From Lama glama (Eukaryota), in assembly GCA_028534125.1 (NCBI GenBank), contig CM052816.1, forward strand, positions 18,168,001 to 18,232,000: a stretch of DNA of 64,000 bases, read 5' to 3'. Positions 1 to 13,539 of the stretch are shown piece after piece. The position numbers and the translations under genes were made by a program. The notes under the pieces were generated by a model. It saw nothing but the letters and a program-made list of their open reading frames with translations, searched no databases and was not told the DNA's origin. Positions within the stretch are counted from its first letter, which is position 1; every line of letters begins with the position of its first letter.

Positions 1-1171
1 GCCAGACTGGTTTCCAGTCACTTGGCCTTATTGTCCTGCCCTGAGAGCTCCTGCTCAGAGCTGCCTAATTAACAATGAGCCCACATCACTGCTTTTTTAC
101 TTGCCTGTTCAAATTGATGGAGTGTTCAAAGTGAGACTTAAGAAGGCAGACAAGGGAAGTTGCTATTTTCCCCAGTGTCATGGGGTTTTACTTGCATTTT
201 TCTTCTTTCGGGGCAGACCCAAGAATCTCCTGAACACTCCCATTAGCCATCCCTTACTGTAAACAACACTTTTCATTTTGCCCACTAAGTAAAAACACTC
301 TTTTTGAGACAGAAAAAGGACCAAAAAGCCTCTGCCCAAAGCCCTTTGATCACTTGTTAATGAAATCAATGAAGTCACTAACTATAAAGCAGAAATCACA
401 GCACCTAGGACCTTAATTGAGGCTGTTGCGTAAGAGAACAGGCATTTAATGAATTTTCATGTTTTCCTTTCCAATGCTTACAACATTTTGACACATTTGT
501 TGTTTATCAGGATGGCATGTATTTGGGAGGTTAGGGAGGGGGAATGAGCCCAAAGGAAATGTGGCTGGCTGATTTAATTATCTCTCTTTGTGTAGAGTGA
601 TATCCTTTCTAGTAAAGCACTGTACTGCATTACCCTGGATAAATTATGTTAGTTTTCCTACCCGGTGGGAAGGAGGAGGCATGAGCATTAGTCAAACCAA
701 CTCTGCCTAGGGGAACGGCATCATGGGAATGTGGTTAATGGGATTGACTAAATGCCTTCTTAGTTTCTGGGCAAAGAAAGGAGATCTTTGAATAAAGAAC
801 ATTTTTTTATATTCCTAATCTGAAGTTAATTCCACTTTCATGCATATCTTTATTACGTGGTAACTCAGGAGATGAAAGGTCTGAATTTGCAGGAGATGCA
901 TTCTTTTCACATTCGTGCTTTGAAATCGTCAAATATGAGCGGGCCCTGGATCTAATATTCACTGATCACTCATTATAAATGTTCTCAGCTATGGCTGGGC
1001 ATAAATATAAGCTGTGGAAATACAGAAACATACACCTTCAGATTTCCCTGCCTCTCAGCTGCCACACTAAATTTCTGATTCAGAGGGTCTGGTGGGGCTC
1101 CTGTGTCCATAGTTTAAGAAGTTCTTCAGGTGACTCTGGTGATCATCCTGTATGGGAACTAAGAATCTAGA

Positions 1172-1350
1172 ACAGTGGTTCTTTAATTTCGGTGTGCATC
1201 AGAACTTCCTGGGGCTCAGATGGCTGAGCCCCATCCCTAGAGCTTCTGGTTTGGTAGGTCTAGGGCAGGAATCAAGAGTTTGTTTTTCTACCAAGTTCCC
1301 AGGGGATACTCATCCTGCTCATCCTGGAATCACACTCTGAGAGTCAGTGA
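1172..1350. mobile_element. MER5A-like hAT-Charlie MITE (a second MER5-like fragment lies just upstream, ~1040-1165)
   Basis: Starts cagtggttctt...; contains gcatcagaac, ttctggtttggtaggtctagggcagg and tttctaccaagttcccagggga; ends cacactctgagagtcagtg, matching recalled MER5A motifs. Confidence 0.7.
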
Positions 1351-1357
1351 TCTGAGG

Positions 1358-1570
1358 CAGAGGTCAGCAAACTATGACCTGGAGGCCAAATCCAGATGCC
1401 TCTTGTTTTGTAAATAAAATTCCATGAGATCACAATGCTCTTCCATTTATACATTGTCCCTAGCTGCCATCACAATATAATGGCACAGCTGAGTAACTGC
1501 AACTCTGTAACTCGTAAAGCCTAAATTCAGTACTATCTGGGCCTTGACAGAAAAATTTGTCAGTTCCTGA
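1358..1570 (+). mobile_element. MER58A-like hAT-Charlie MITE
   Basis: cagaggtcagcaaactatgacc...ggccaaatcc...tttttgtaaataaa...ctatctgggccttgacagaaaaatttgtcagttcctg follows the MER58A pattern with terminal inverted repeats. Confidence 0.75.
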
Positions 1571-1689
1571 TCTGGGAGAGAATGGTCTAATTTTGGGATT
1601 TTATTTGGCGAAAGTGTTTCCAGATAAAATACAGGGCACCCAGTTAAATTTAAACTACGGATAAGAATGTCCCAAATATTTTATGCATA

Positions 1690-2365
1690 AAACCACTTCG
1701 GAAAACAGTCCAGCAGTTTCTTACAAAGTTAAATATACATGTTCCAGATAATGCAGTCATTACATTCCTAAGTATTTACCAAGGTAAATGAAAAAAAGGC
1801 CCACACAAATACTTGTATATAAATGTCCATAGCAGCAATTAACCCAAAATAAATAAAATTAAATTTAAAAAATAAAATAAAATAAAGCAACACTTGCCCA
1901 AATCTGTAAAAAGCTCAAATATCCACCATCAGGTGAATGGACAAACAAGTTGTGGTACATAGTTGAATATTACTCAGCAATAAAAAGGAACGAATAGTTG
2001 ATGCACACAACAACCTGAATGAATCTCAAAATAATTATGCTGAATAAAAGGAGTCTGACCAAAGAGAGTATATACCGCATGATTCCACTTAAATAAAATT
2101 CTAGAAAATGCCAACTATTCTGTAGTGACAGAAAGCTGATCAGTGGTTGTCTGGGGATTGGGAGAGCAGGGAGGGAAGGTAGGGAGGGCTAGTATTACTA
2201 AGGGGCACAGGAAACTTTTGGGAGTGATGGATATGTTCATTATCTTGTTTGTGGTGTTGATTTCACAGGTGTATATAGATAACAAAACACATCAAATTGT
2301 ATATTTTAGATATGTGCAGATAATTATATGTCAATCATCCCTCCATCACACTGTGTAAAAATGAG
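1690..2365 (+). mobile_element. Old L1M (L1MC/MD/ME-type) 3' end
   Basis: Motifs tattactcagcaataaaaaggaac, gaatgaatctcaaaataattatgctgaat, gtagtgacagaaagc...cagtggttg and ggaaacttttgggagtgatgg typical of old L1 3' UTRs. Confidence 0.8.
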
Positions 2366-3789
2366 TTGAACACCTCACTTTCTGGTTTCAATCACTCTCT
2401 CCTACCTCGGAGCCCTATCTGAGAATTAAGGCTGGAATAGATGCTGACTCACTCTGGCAACAACTGCATTTATCTGAACTCTTTGTAGCAGGGAGTCTAA
2501 TCTCTCCTATTAGATTATAAGGTCCTGGAAGGCAAATCCTCATACTTAAATGCCTCCAATGCTGCACTTGCTGGCTTCTTGCTCCCTGCTCTGCCACCTT
2601 ATGAGCAACTCCAATCTGTTAGGTGTGTCCTGAGTCTGCTGTGTAATTATAAGCCAGCCAGCCCCACCCTGGCAACTGCCTCCTGGCTCTGCCAGAAATG
2701 CCTGCTGCCCAGAGTTCCCAGCTCTCATTCCTGGCCCAAGCCAACCTCAGACCATGTCACTGAAAGACTCACAAGCCTTTTGCCAGAGTGTATCTGCATC
2801 TCCCCAGGGGCTGCTGTTGGCTTTCTGAGTCAGGCTTTTCTACCATGTCCCTGAGAGTGGACTGAGGAACAACCTTGATCTAATTTGTCTGGGAGAGAGG
2901 TCTGAAGGTTAAAACTTAAAGCTGGTGTCACTGAACTGATGTCATTCCTCTTGGTTAATCTGCCCTGGCTGGAAGGATCTGATGAAAGCAGAGAGATATC
3001 TCAGTTCTCTCCCTGCCCCCAAGAGAGGCGGCCTGCAGGCCAACAGACACATCAGCCCTACCTCTCCAGAAGCAACTGAGTCAGGGAATTCTGAGGAAAA
3101 AAGACATCCCTGCATGGGAGCAGTGTTTCCCCGGCTACCTTTCTGAAACATTAATAATTAATCTCCCCCTAAAATTTATCTCTGTGTAGAACTCATCATG
3201 ATTCTCAAATATTACATAAATCTATATAAAATGAAATGGTAGATGCAAAAAAAAAAGTCCCCACAAATGAATGATGATGTGGTACATTCCTTGTGTCAGA
3301 TGGAATCAGTCATCAGTACCAATGTCTAATCAATTAAAAGATGCCCAATCCAAACAGCCATCCTTTCCTGTTCTGCAGCTTGATCGTGGAGGAAACACTT
3401 GCAGCTCTCAGAGATTCTAAAGGGAATTTCTCCAGTTTAGATGCTGGACTTCACAAAATGAGGGAGACCAGCTGGGCTCCACTGCGGGGCTGGCTCAGGA
3501 TGGCAGAGCACTGCAGCTCAGTACACACGTTTTCTTTGTAGGGCTCAAGGCCCCATAAAAAGTACAGCAGGAACCACAGGACCTACTCAAACCTGGGCCA
3601 CAGGGAGAGTGTCTTCCCCTGCCCCCTCTCTTCACTGGAGGGCTTCAAAGCCTCCTCCACTACAGTGCCCAGGGCTCACTGGGGCAGAACCCAGGCCTTT
3701 AATGTGGGCCACCAGACTCCTGTTCCCTCCCAGGGCAACACTCTTGGAGCAGAAGCAATGCAGATGCTTCCTGTGCTCTGTCCTGCAGT

Positions 3790-4090
3790 AGACACTGGGT
3801 GCACTGCCTCAGTCAAGCCTCACAACCCTGCAATTTAGCAGTTACTATTCCCATTTCACAGCGAGCTGGAGATCAGGAGACTCCTGAGGCTTCTCACACT
3901 TTAGTGTGTATCTAAATCACGGGCCATCTGGCTAACTGTAGGGTCTGGTTGGGGTGGGACGGGGGTAACTGCATTTCTAACCTATGCAGGTGAGTTACCA
4001 TAGGCTGGGTGGACTGCGATGTAATCAGTTCTAAGAGCAGAGCTGGGACTGAACCGGGTTCTGTTCGACTCCAAGGCCTGGGCCCTTCTA
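3790..4090 (-). mobile_element. MIR SINE interrupted by a MER5A-like fragment (~3888-4010)
   Basis: cctcacaaccctg...cccatttcacag and gcagagctgggactgaacc...gactccaaggcc flank cttctcacactttagtgtgtatc...tgcatttctaac. Confidence 0.55.
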
Positions 4091-4708
4091 CTGCCAGTCA
4101 GTCATGTGAGGCATGGGGATACCGTGCTGAGTGAGGACACATGCTGCTCTTGAGGACTCCCCACCCCGTCAGGGAGGTAGACACCTCCCCAGATGCCACA
4201 AGGCCTGAACTGCTGCCTTAGAGCAGGGAACAAATTCCTGCAGACAGGGAGCCATGGATGAAGAGGGAGGGAGTCGTCCTGTCTGGGGAGCAGAGGATCA
4301 GGCAGGAGCTCACAGAGCTTAGCCTACAAGGACTAGCAGAACTCAGTCCCCGGGAGAGGAGAGAGTTGCCATCAAAGGACACTTGAGTCTGAGGGCAGCA
4401 TGGAAAAAGGCCCAAAGCTAAGACAGGGAGTGCTGTGTTCCGGAACGGTGAGAACTGGAGTGTGGCTGGAGTGTCTCCTCTGCTCCCATCTGCACGGGGT
4501 TTGGCTTTTGTTAACAATTTCTGCTTCCTCAGGCCTGACTTGCTCACGCTGCAGGCCCTGAGTAAGTAGGTCAGGACCCGTTGGGTGGGGGCTGCAGTCA
4601 TGTGCTAGGAGGGCCCAGGACTTGCCGGGCTTCTGCCTGGTTGTGGCCACCTGCTTAGGCCCATCCCCTCCACTTCCTCCTCTTCCTTGACCATCTCAGA
4701 CCCAGTGA

Positions 4709-5208
4709 NNNNNNNNNNNNNNNNNNNNNNNNNNNNNNNNNNNNNNNNNNNNNNNNNNNNNNNNNNNNNNNNNNNNNNNNNNNNNNNNNNNNNNNNNNNN
4801 NNNNNNNNNNNNNNNNNNNNNNNNNNNNNNNNNNNNNNNNNNNNNNNNNNNNNNNNNNNNNNNNNNNNNNNNNNNNNNNNNNNNNNNNNNNNNNNNNNNN
4901 NNNNNNNNNNNNNNNNNNNNNNNNNNNNNNNNNNNNNNNNNNNNNNNNNNNNNNNNNNNNNNNNNNNNNNNNNNNNNNNNNNNNNNNNNNNNNNNNNNNN
5001 NNNNNNNNNNNNNNNNNNNNNNNNNNNNNNNNNNNNNNNNNNNNNNNNNNNNNNNNNNNNNNNNNNNNNNNNNNNNNNNNNNNNNNNNNNNNNNNNNNNN
5101 NNNNNNNNNNNNNNNNNNNNNNNNNNNNNNNNNNNNNNNNNNNNNNNNNNNNNNNNNNNNNNNNNNNNNNNNNNNNNNNNNNNNNNNNNNNNNNNNNNNN
5201 NNNNNNNN
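4709..5208. other. Assembly gap (500 N)
   Basis: Run of exactly 500 N. Confidence 0.99.
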
Positions 5209-5299
5209 AAAGTTGTGCTGAACACTGGAATTTGACACAACATTGTAAAATGATTATAAATCAATAAAAAATGTTAAAAAATAAAAAAATAAAAAAAAA
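5209..5299 (+). mobile_element. 3' tail of a young camelid-type L1; its body is lost in the gap
   Basis: gtgctgaacactggaatttgacacaacattgtaaaatgattataaatcaataaaaaatgtt plus A-tail, nearly identical to the L1 tails at ~24830-24890 and (reverse complement) ~33395-33460. Confidence 0.9.
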
Positions 5300-5520
5300 G
5301 AATATGAACTTTTGAATCAGACAGACATGAATATAAGTTGAGGAACTGCCAACTCCTTTTCTGTGACTTTGAACAAGTCACTTAACATCTCTAAGCCTTA
5401 GAAAGTGATGGCACTAGTGCCAAACTTATAGGTACATTGAAAGGATTAAAGGGGGTAAATGCAGAGCAAGGCTTTAGCATAGGGCCTTGGATATTAAAGA
5501 CATGCAATAAAGGTTATAAT
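5300..5520 (+). mobile_element. MIR SINE
   Basis: tttgaatcagacagac...tgtgactttgaacaagtcacttaacatctctaagcc MIR core. Confidence 0.65.
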
Positions 5521-6419
5521 CATTCAAATCATAATTACAAGTAAAACAACTATGTCCAAGGTCCATTCTTGAAATAAAAATAGAGTTTTTCAAATGGCTT
5601 CTAAAGACCTGCTATTTATTTATCCTTTCTCTTTGGTGAGCTGATCAATATGGAAGTTAAGATCAGAACAAAGCAATGAAGAAACAAGAGACTGACTTGG
5701 AGTGGAAAGCACTCCCTCCCTTGGACACCACCCTCCCAAGGCAGCAGTGAGCGTCCCTTCCATATTCCCCCACCTCTGCTTCAAGTTTCATTTTCACTAA
5801 ACCCCAAGGCTTCTGGAAAAAGAGAAAAATAAAACGCTGCATGGTATTTCATCTAAGGCGAAAATAGGTTCCTGGGACAACACCAGTAAGACAAGCTGTT
5901 TTTTCATTAGAGGTTAAATTCTTTTCAGATTCAATGTAGAATAAATTTAGATCATAACATTCAATAGCTAAACAGCTATACAGCTAGTAAACTGAATAAA
6001 AATCTAACATCAGGGCACCTCTGATGAATGCAGTCTTTGTGCAAGCCGCTTTTTATCATCTACTTGCTCATTTCTTTCAATATAGAATTGCCTTCAGGTA
6101 GAGCCTTGAATCATTTTTACTCCACTGTACAAATGTTTCAAAAGCAAAGCTTAAGGTCAAAAAGAGATGCAGATGGAGAGAGGGTTTGCTTGAGGGAGGC
6201 TGCTGATGAAACTGGGTAGAACCTGGCCAAACCTGACTTCTCTTTCAGGAATGGACTCACTAAGGTGCCCAGAGACTGCTATAAAGTCAGAACACCACCT
6301 TATCACTTTCCAGTGAAATTAGAAATTCTGAGGTGATCACACATGTTCTTCTTTTGACCTGTGCACGCTACCTACATGTGAGGGCCAGTATTAATCAGAA
6401 TGTGGCTCCTCAACAGGGG

Positions 6420-6800
6420 ATGAGAACAATTTATTCATTCAATATCCATTCACTGAAGGGTTGCTATGAGTCTGGGTCTGCGTAAGGCACTGTGAATGAG
6501 GAACCAATCATACTTCACCTTTTCCTTTATATAATCCAAAATGTATTAAAGGACATAAGCAGGTAGATAAGTAAGTATGAAATGATGCAGAGCTTGCATA
6601 ATGTGACATGGAAAGAGTACGATGCTGTAGGAGCCTGGGGCAGAGGCATCTCTCCCAGTGAGAGGGGCTGAAGTGGAGGGAGTTGGGAGATGTTGAGAGG
6701 CACTGATCCTGGAGCTTAGACCTAAAGGATGGCTTAAATGTAGCAGATGAAGAGCAGGGAGAGCTGGCGGGGAATGGTAGGGAGAGGGAGGCAGGGAAGC
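6420..6800 (-). mobile_element. L2 3' region (further L2 pieces at ~7300-7520 and ~8780-9130)
   Basis: attcattcaat...aggcactgtgaatg start; gagcttagacctaaaggatg and cctagatttgaagatgagg L2 motifs. Confidence 0.55.
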
Positions 6801-9272
6801 GTGTCTTACCAGTCCTAGTTATCTTGGCTCATTAACCATAGACCTTCAGCTCTGCAGGAGTGTTTCAAGATGGCTGTTATTTCCACAGTAGAGATAAAGT
6901 TTCCTCAGAGTCCAGACCAGGTGTCCTTATGCACCTTTCCCTCTGGACGTTGCTAAGAAGGCCAATGTCAATCGTTCCCTTGGTGAGTGTCCCACTGAGT
7001 AACATCCTCTTGTTGAAAAGTCAAACCAAACTTGCAGGCCTAGAACATTTTGTTTTTGACTTTGTACATATCTACCCCAATCTACTATGTTTTGGTGTTT
7101 TTCTCATTTCTCAGAAGGCAATTAGATATTTGCTATGGACAATTTTTTTATCCAGGGAAAACAGCCCTTAATATATAGCTGTGTATTACCTACATGATGA
7201 TTTCTGCAAGTTGTAAGGAAGACTTGAGGACCAGTGAAATATATAGGCTAAGAGCTCACTGTATACAGTTTTTTATATTTTAGTGGATACCACTCCTCTG
7301 GACAATCATTCATTCATTCTTCATTTGCTCACTGGTAAATTTATCATACAGGTATCCTGTTCCACAGAATAGAGATAAGATGTTCAGCAAAAGGCAGACA
7401 CAGTCAGGGCCTTAATGTAATTCACCATCCAGTGAAGGAGACAGAGAATAACTAAGTAATCAAGCACTTAAATGTAAAATTGAAAGTTTGATAATGCTAT
7501 ATATAAATAAGAGACTATAGAATGATGGTGGCAAGAGAGAGACAGGAGGAGGTCAAATATAAGGACTGCAGACATTTTCCACGTGGTCGGGAAAGGAGTT
7601 AGTTTCAGTCCAGGTAGAGTGAGTAGAACCAACTCAAATCAGGCAGTACAATTGTGAAAGAGGTTACAGTTTTCTATTAACCAGGAAAGGACACAGAGTC
7701 TGACTACAAAATAGGGCTCAGCTTTTATATCTGAGGCTCCGGTAGAATTATTTTGGACATGTAGCCAAATCCATCAGCATCCTGTGCCTTAGGGCAGTGA
7801 TCTCAGTTGACCAGAGGTGGCAAATCCACTCTCCTTATTTGGGTAAGTGTCCTTGCACACTGAAACGTCTGAAAATAAGCTTGAGGTGGTAAAATAAGTA
7901 ACACACAACTGTAAGTATTAACATTTCTGTACTTGGCTATGAAAGGTTTTGCAATCATAATAATTTGTGTGTTTGTCTGTGGCAGTGCTCCTCAACCTTT
8001 ACCATGTGATGAGGCAATAATATTTCAAAGGAATACTGAGGTTGCTAACTGGAGGGATTTGGAACCCTATATGAGGCTGCTGTTCCTGGGATGCAATCAG
8101 ACCATGGACTCTGGCCACCTTAAACCCCACCTGCCTGCCTCACAGATTAAGGCCATCAATTCTTGAGGCACACTGCACACAGAATAGGGAATAAATGTCT
8201 ATTTAAGGTACATAAAATGGGTAAGCTGACTGACACATTGGACTTATTATTTTGATTTCAAAAGGTTAATTGGTAACACACATGATTTTAAGTTGATAAG
8301 TTTAGGGAAATTTGATTGACTATATTTGCAAACATCGTTTACTTGATAATCTGATCCATGACATTCAAAAGTTGAGTTTTTTAGTTCCAAAGTAGTGTTT
8401 AAGTGTCTAAGAAAATTATGTTCAAGTTTTAGGTCTGCCTATAACTGTGCCCTGGGAGAATCACATCTATTACATTTGTGATTGTAATTTGAAACATCTA
8501 AGGAGACGTGATTAATTAAGCGAGCAAGTTAAATGAAATTTTATGGAGAACTTTAACTGTTAAATTTATAACTAACATTACTATCAATCAAATTACATTA
8601 ATCTAATACCAAATTAAACATTTCTTACTCTTATACAGAAAATAAACAGATTCATAAATAAAAGAATGTGATTCATCCTTGAGATTAAAGCTTAAGAGAA
8701 GCCCATTTTTTAAAGCCCAATTGCAGTAATATTAATATTAATTAAAATACAAGTAATAATAAGTATTCCACTGAATGAATAAAACCCATTCCTTTACAAT
8801 ACAAAACTCAACTGACAATATGAAAACAAGGGCATGAGCAATAAGAATACATAATAACAGAATCTGATTTGGCCTTCAGGGTCAAAAAGGTTTTCCCTGA
8901 GGATGTGAGTTTAGCCTAGATTTGAAGATGAGGAGGAAAGAGGGTCCAGTGAGGGAAGGGGAAAAGAGTATTCCAAGTACTGAAGGAAGAGGAGAGGAGA
9001 AGCAGCAACAGCAGGGGAAGAAGAGGAGGAGAAGATGAAGAGCTGGGGGCATGTGTAAAGGTCCTGGGGTAGCCTTAGGCACTGGGGAATCTAAAAACCA
9101 TCAGCGAGCCTAGAGCACAGAGAATACAGGAGAGTAGAGAGCTGGGGCCCCAAGTGTGCTCTCACCTTTAATGTTCTGTGTGGGAGTCCTTTCTTTGAAG
9201 AGGCTTCCTCCACCTCCTTTCTAAAATTACTCCTAGCTGGTGACTCCTGAATCCTTTATACTACTTAATATT

Positions 9273-11291
9273 ACATGGAGAACTATAAAACATTGATTAA
9301 GGAAATTAAAAATGACCTAAAGAAATGGAAAGATATCCCATGCTCTTGGTTTGGAAGAATCAGTATCATTAAAATGGCATTAAAATGGCCATACTACCCA
9401 AAGAACTCTACAGATTTAATGCAATCCTATCAAATTACCCAGGACATTTTTCACAGAACTAGAACAAATAATCCTAAAATTTACGTGGCATCACAAAAGA
9501 CCCAGAATTGCCAAAGCAATATTGAAGAAAAAGAATGAAGCTGGAAGTATAACCCTCCTAGACTTCAGACAATACTACAGAGCTATAGTAATCAAAACAG
9601 CATGGTATTGGCATAAAAACAGACATATGGATCAACGGAACAGAATATACAGCCCAAAAATAAACCCACAGACCTACTGTCAATTAATCTTTGACAAAGG
9701 AGGCAAGAATACACAACGGAGAAAAGACAGTCTCTTCAGCAAGTGGTGTTGGGAAAACTGGACAGCAGCATATAAATCAACAAAATCAGAACGCTCCCTC
9801 ACACCATACACAAAAATAAACTCAAAATAACTTAGAGACTTAAATATAAGACAAGACACAATAAAGCTCCTAGAAGAAAACACAGGCAAAACATTCTCTG
9901 ACATAAATCTTAGCAATGTTCTCCTAGGGCAGTCTACCCAGGCAATGGAACTAAGAGCAAAAATTAACAAATGGTACCTAATTAAACTTACAAGCTTTGG
10001 AACAGCAAAGAAAACCATAGTAAAACAAAACAACAACATACGGAATAGGAGAAAATATTTGCAAATGATGGGACTGACAAAGGTTTAATTTCCAGAATAT
10101 ACAAATAGCTCATACAACTTAATAACAAAAAACAAACAATCCAATCCAAAAATGGGCAGAAGACCTAAACAAGCAATTCTCCAAGGAAGAAATACAAATG
10201 ATCAATAGGCACATGAAAAAATGCTCAATATCACTAATTATCAGAGAAATGTAAATCAAAAATACGATGAGGTATCACCACACACCAGCCAGAATGGCCG
10301 TCGTTCAAAAATCAAATGACAAATGCTGGAGAAGCTATGGAGAAAAGGGACCCCTCTTATGCTGCTGGTGGGAATGCAGTTTGGTGCAGCCACTGTGGAA
10401 AACAGTATGGAGATTCCTCAAAAGACTAGGAATAGATTTACTATATGACCCAGGAATTCCGCTCCTGGGCATATATCCAGAAGGGACCTAGTTCAGAATG
10501 ACATCTGCAGCCCAATGTTCATAGCAGCACTATTTACAATAGCCAAGACATGGAAACAGCCTAAATGTCCATCAACAGATGACTGGATAAAGAAGAAGTG
10601 GTATATTTATACAATGGAATACTATTCAGCCATAAAAACTGACAACATAATGCCATTTGCAGCACCATGGATGGAACTGGAGAATGTCATTGTAAGTGAA
10701 GTAAGCCAGAAAGAGAAAGAGAAATACCATATAATAGCACTCATATGTGGAATCTTAAAAAAAAAGAAAAGGAAAGGAAAGGAAAGGAAAGGAAAGGAAA
10801 GGAAAGGAAAGGAAAGGAAAGGAAAAAGAAAGAAAAGAAAAGAAAAGAAAGGAAGAAAGAAAGGAAGAAAGAAAGAAAAGAAAGAAAGAAAGAAAGAAAG
10901 AAAGAAAAGAAAAGAAAAGAAAAGAAAAGAAAAGAAAAGAAAAAAAAAGAAAAGGAAAGGAAAGGAAAGAACAGAAAGAAGAGGACACTAATGAACTCAT
11001 CTACAAAACAGAAAAAGACTCTCAGACACAGTAAACAATCTTACATTGCCAGGGGAAAGGGAGGAAGGGATAAATTTCTGGAGTTTGAGATTTGCAAAGG
11101 TTAACCACTGTATATATAAATATATTAAAAAAATGTTCTTCCTATAGAACAGGAAACTATATTCAACATCTTGAAATAATATTTAATGAAAAAGAATATG
11201 AAAATGAATATATGTATGTATATGCATGGCTGGGACATTACGCTATACTCCAGAAACTGACACATTATAACTGACTACACTTCAATTAAAA
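9273..11291 (+). mobile_element. 5'-truncated camelid-type L1 (3' part of ORF2 plus 3' UTR), inactive
   Basis: ORF2 peptides [58 protein letters not shown]. Stops and frameshifts are present, including an 11-bp duplication cattaaaatgg at 9367-9388. Ends tgactacacttcaattaaaaaa and is flanked by a 50-bp direct repeat. Confidence 0.95.
10757..10983 (+). repeat. Compound (GGAAA)n/(GAAAA)n/(GAAA)n microsatellite inside the L1 3' UTR
   Basis: Purine-only from 10757 to 10971; sits where other L1 copies in the window have a short A-tract after tgtggaatct. Confidence 0.95.
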
Positions 11292-11519
11292 AAAATTACT
11301 CCTAGCTGGTGACTCCCAAATACTTTATACTACTTAATATTTCTTCATAGTCCTTATTACACCCTGAAAATTAATCTCTATTTTTATACTTTTTAATTAT
11401 TGCTCTCCCCCATTACAATATATATTCCATGAAGGCAGGCATTTTGTTTTGTTTACTACTTTTTCCATGATGCTTTGAAGAGTGTGTGCACTCAAAACAT
11501 ATTTCTCAAAGGAATGAAT

Positions 11520-12680
11520 CAAGCAATCCATAATTAAGCACAAGAAGGGTCTTGTAGACCATGCTAAAGGCTTTTGTCTTCAAACTAAGAGCAGACAGAA
11601 GGCCTGGTCAGTTCACTTTTAGAAAATCCTTGATTAACCACATAATGAAGACAAATGAAAAATGGCCACTTTGACTAAGACTGGCACAGAGGAAAGAGAC
11701 ATGTAAAGATGTGGAAATTGAGAGCCTGTTGCTAGATTAGAAATTCAGAGCTGAGGGAGAAGGAGGTCAAGTTTGGCTCCTAGAACTCTGACTTGTGGAA
11801 CTGGATGGATAAGGATGCTAGTCACTGAGACAGATAGGACCCTGGAAAGGGACTAAATGGGATATTTTGGATATACTGAGATCAAGGTACCTAGAAGCAT
11901 CCAAGTGTACATGCATGCAGACAGATCTATGTGTTGGAAGCTAGGCTGAAGATTTATTTTAATGATTCATCATGCATAAGTAATAATTAAAGCCATGGAT
12001 ATCAATGAGACCTAGGCAGAAAGTATAGAGTAAAAAAAAAACACAGAAAAAGTGAGGGATCCTATGATTAAGCTTTGACTAATTCTAATATTTAATGAGC
12101 TAAAGAGGGATTGAATAGAGAAGTTAGAGAAACACAGGAAGATGTTATGTCACAGACACCAAAGAGAGAGTGTGATTCAAGTGGAGCGGGAGTGGTCAGT
12201 TAACACTAAGAAATGCTACAGAGGTAGAGGTTAAATAAGGAAGAGCTGAAATATGGTCACTGGATTTAGAAACATGGTGGTTACTGGTCATCCTAGCAAG
12301 CATTGCATGGCTAGCTGGTTGTGATCATAAGTCATTTTGGACTTGGTTGAGCAGTAAGAGGTGAGGAAATAGAGACAGGAGTAAAGGCAACACTTACAAG
12401 ATAGGCTGTAAAGGGAAGGTTAAGCGGAGAGGAATATGGTATTAGGAGAGGAATTTTTAAGAGGAGGATTGGTTTTGCTTGTTTGTTTTTAATATAGGGG
12501 GACTTGAGCATGTTGAGATACTGATGGTTTCATTAAAAAGACAGAAAGGAAAAAGGACAATCTACAGCCCATGTGCAGTCCTTGAGAAGAGGGAAGTGGG
12601 CATGAGAGAAGGAAGAGAAAGTGAGGGCAGGTGGAAACAGGTCCATAGATTTAGGGTTGGGAACTGAGAGTATTTCCCAT
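11520..12680 (-). mobile_element. Long L2 fragment (flanked by + strand L2 3' ends at ~11340-11520 and ~12730-13000)
   Basis: gaccatgctaaagg, tttggatatactgag, gttatgtcacagacaccaaagagagag and cactggatttagaaacatggtggttactgg L2 motifs. Confidence 0.65.
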
Positions 12681-13539
12681 ATGACAGCTGTACTATTGTG
12701 GATTATTCTCCAGTAACATTATATGTGCAATTTCTGTCACCTCCTCTAGGAAGTCTTCCATGATACTCCTTATCTCTCCTCCAGACTTAGCCAGGTAACC
12801 TCTGTGCTTCCCTGGTATCTTGTGCCTTTCTCTCTACTGTAGCAAGCAATGCTGAATTACATTTTAATTTACATGCAAATACCTTGCTTATTATACCATA
12901 TCTTCTTGTGTCTTCTTGAAGGCAAAGACTGTGCCTTACTCATGTCTTAATCCTCAGGACTGGCACAGAATGGGTGCTAGTGAACTGAACTGACCCATTC
13001 TCATATTATAAATTCCTAGGGTGGACACTGCTTTTCTATCATCTCTCTAGTAAGGTTGAGGGTCCAGGTGATAATGCTTTCTGCCCAAAGATGCGTCTTC
13101 CACTAGCCATCCTACTCATGTGAGAACCATTAGAACACAAGTAAGACAGGAGGTTAATAAGTAGAAAAGGAAAAAAGTTTCCCATATCAAAGTAAGTTTA
13201 ACAGAATAGGCATCAGAGAACTTTCCAGCATCTTTCATATGGTAATATTGGTTATGACTCTTCAAGAAGGGAGTGTAATTGAAACTCAGTGCTCTTTCTA
13301 TCATGGGAGGGAGGAGTGGAGTCTTGTTTTCATGTCACATTGTTTTAGGGACACTGCAAAACAACATGGCCATGGTTCACCAATGAAACAGCTCAGGGCC
13401 GCTGGCTTATTAGAGGCTTCTGACCTTAAAAATCATGGGACTCGAATTCACATGTTCCTCTAAACTAGAGCTGTGATACTCTAAATGCCGTGGTTCTCAC
13501 ACATGTGCTCTTTCTCTTGCTTGTTTCAGGGTTCTTATG

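Noticed and set aside
4605..5264. Long ORFs of 180-219 aa (and 177-306 aa at 33696-34827)
   Set aside because: They consist mostly of X residues from the N gaps; the real residues are flanking or L1 sequence.
10515..11104. K/R/E-rich and F/S/L-rich ORFs resembling basic or membrane proteins (similar ORFs at 13485-13817)
   Set aside because: Translations of purine/pyrimidine microsatellites.
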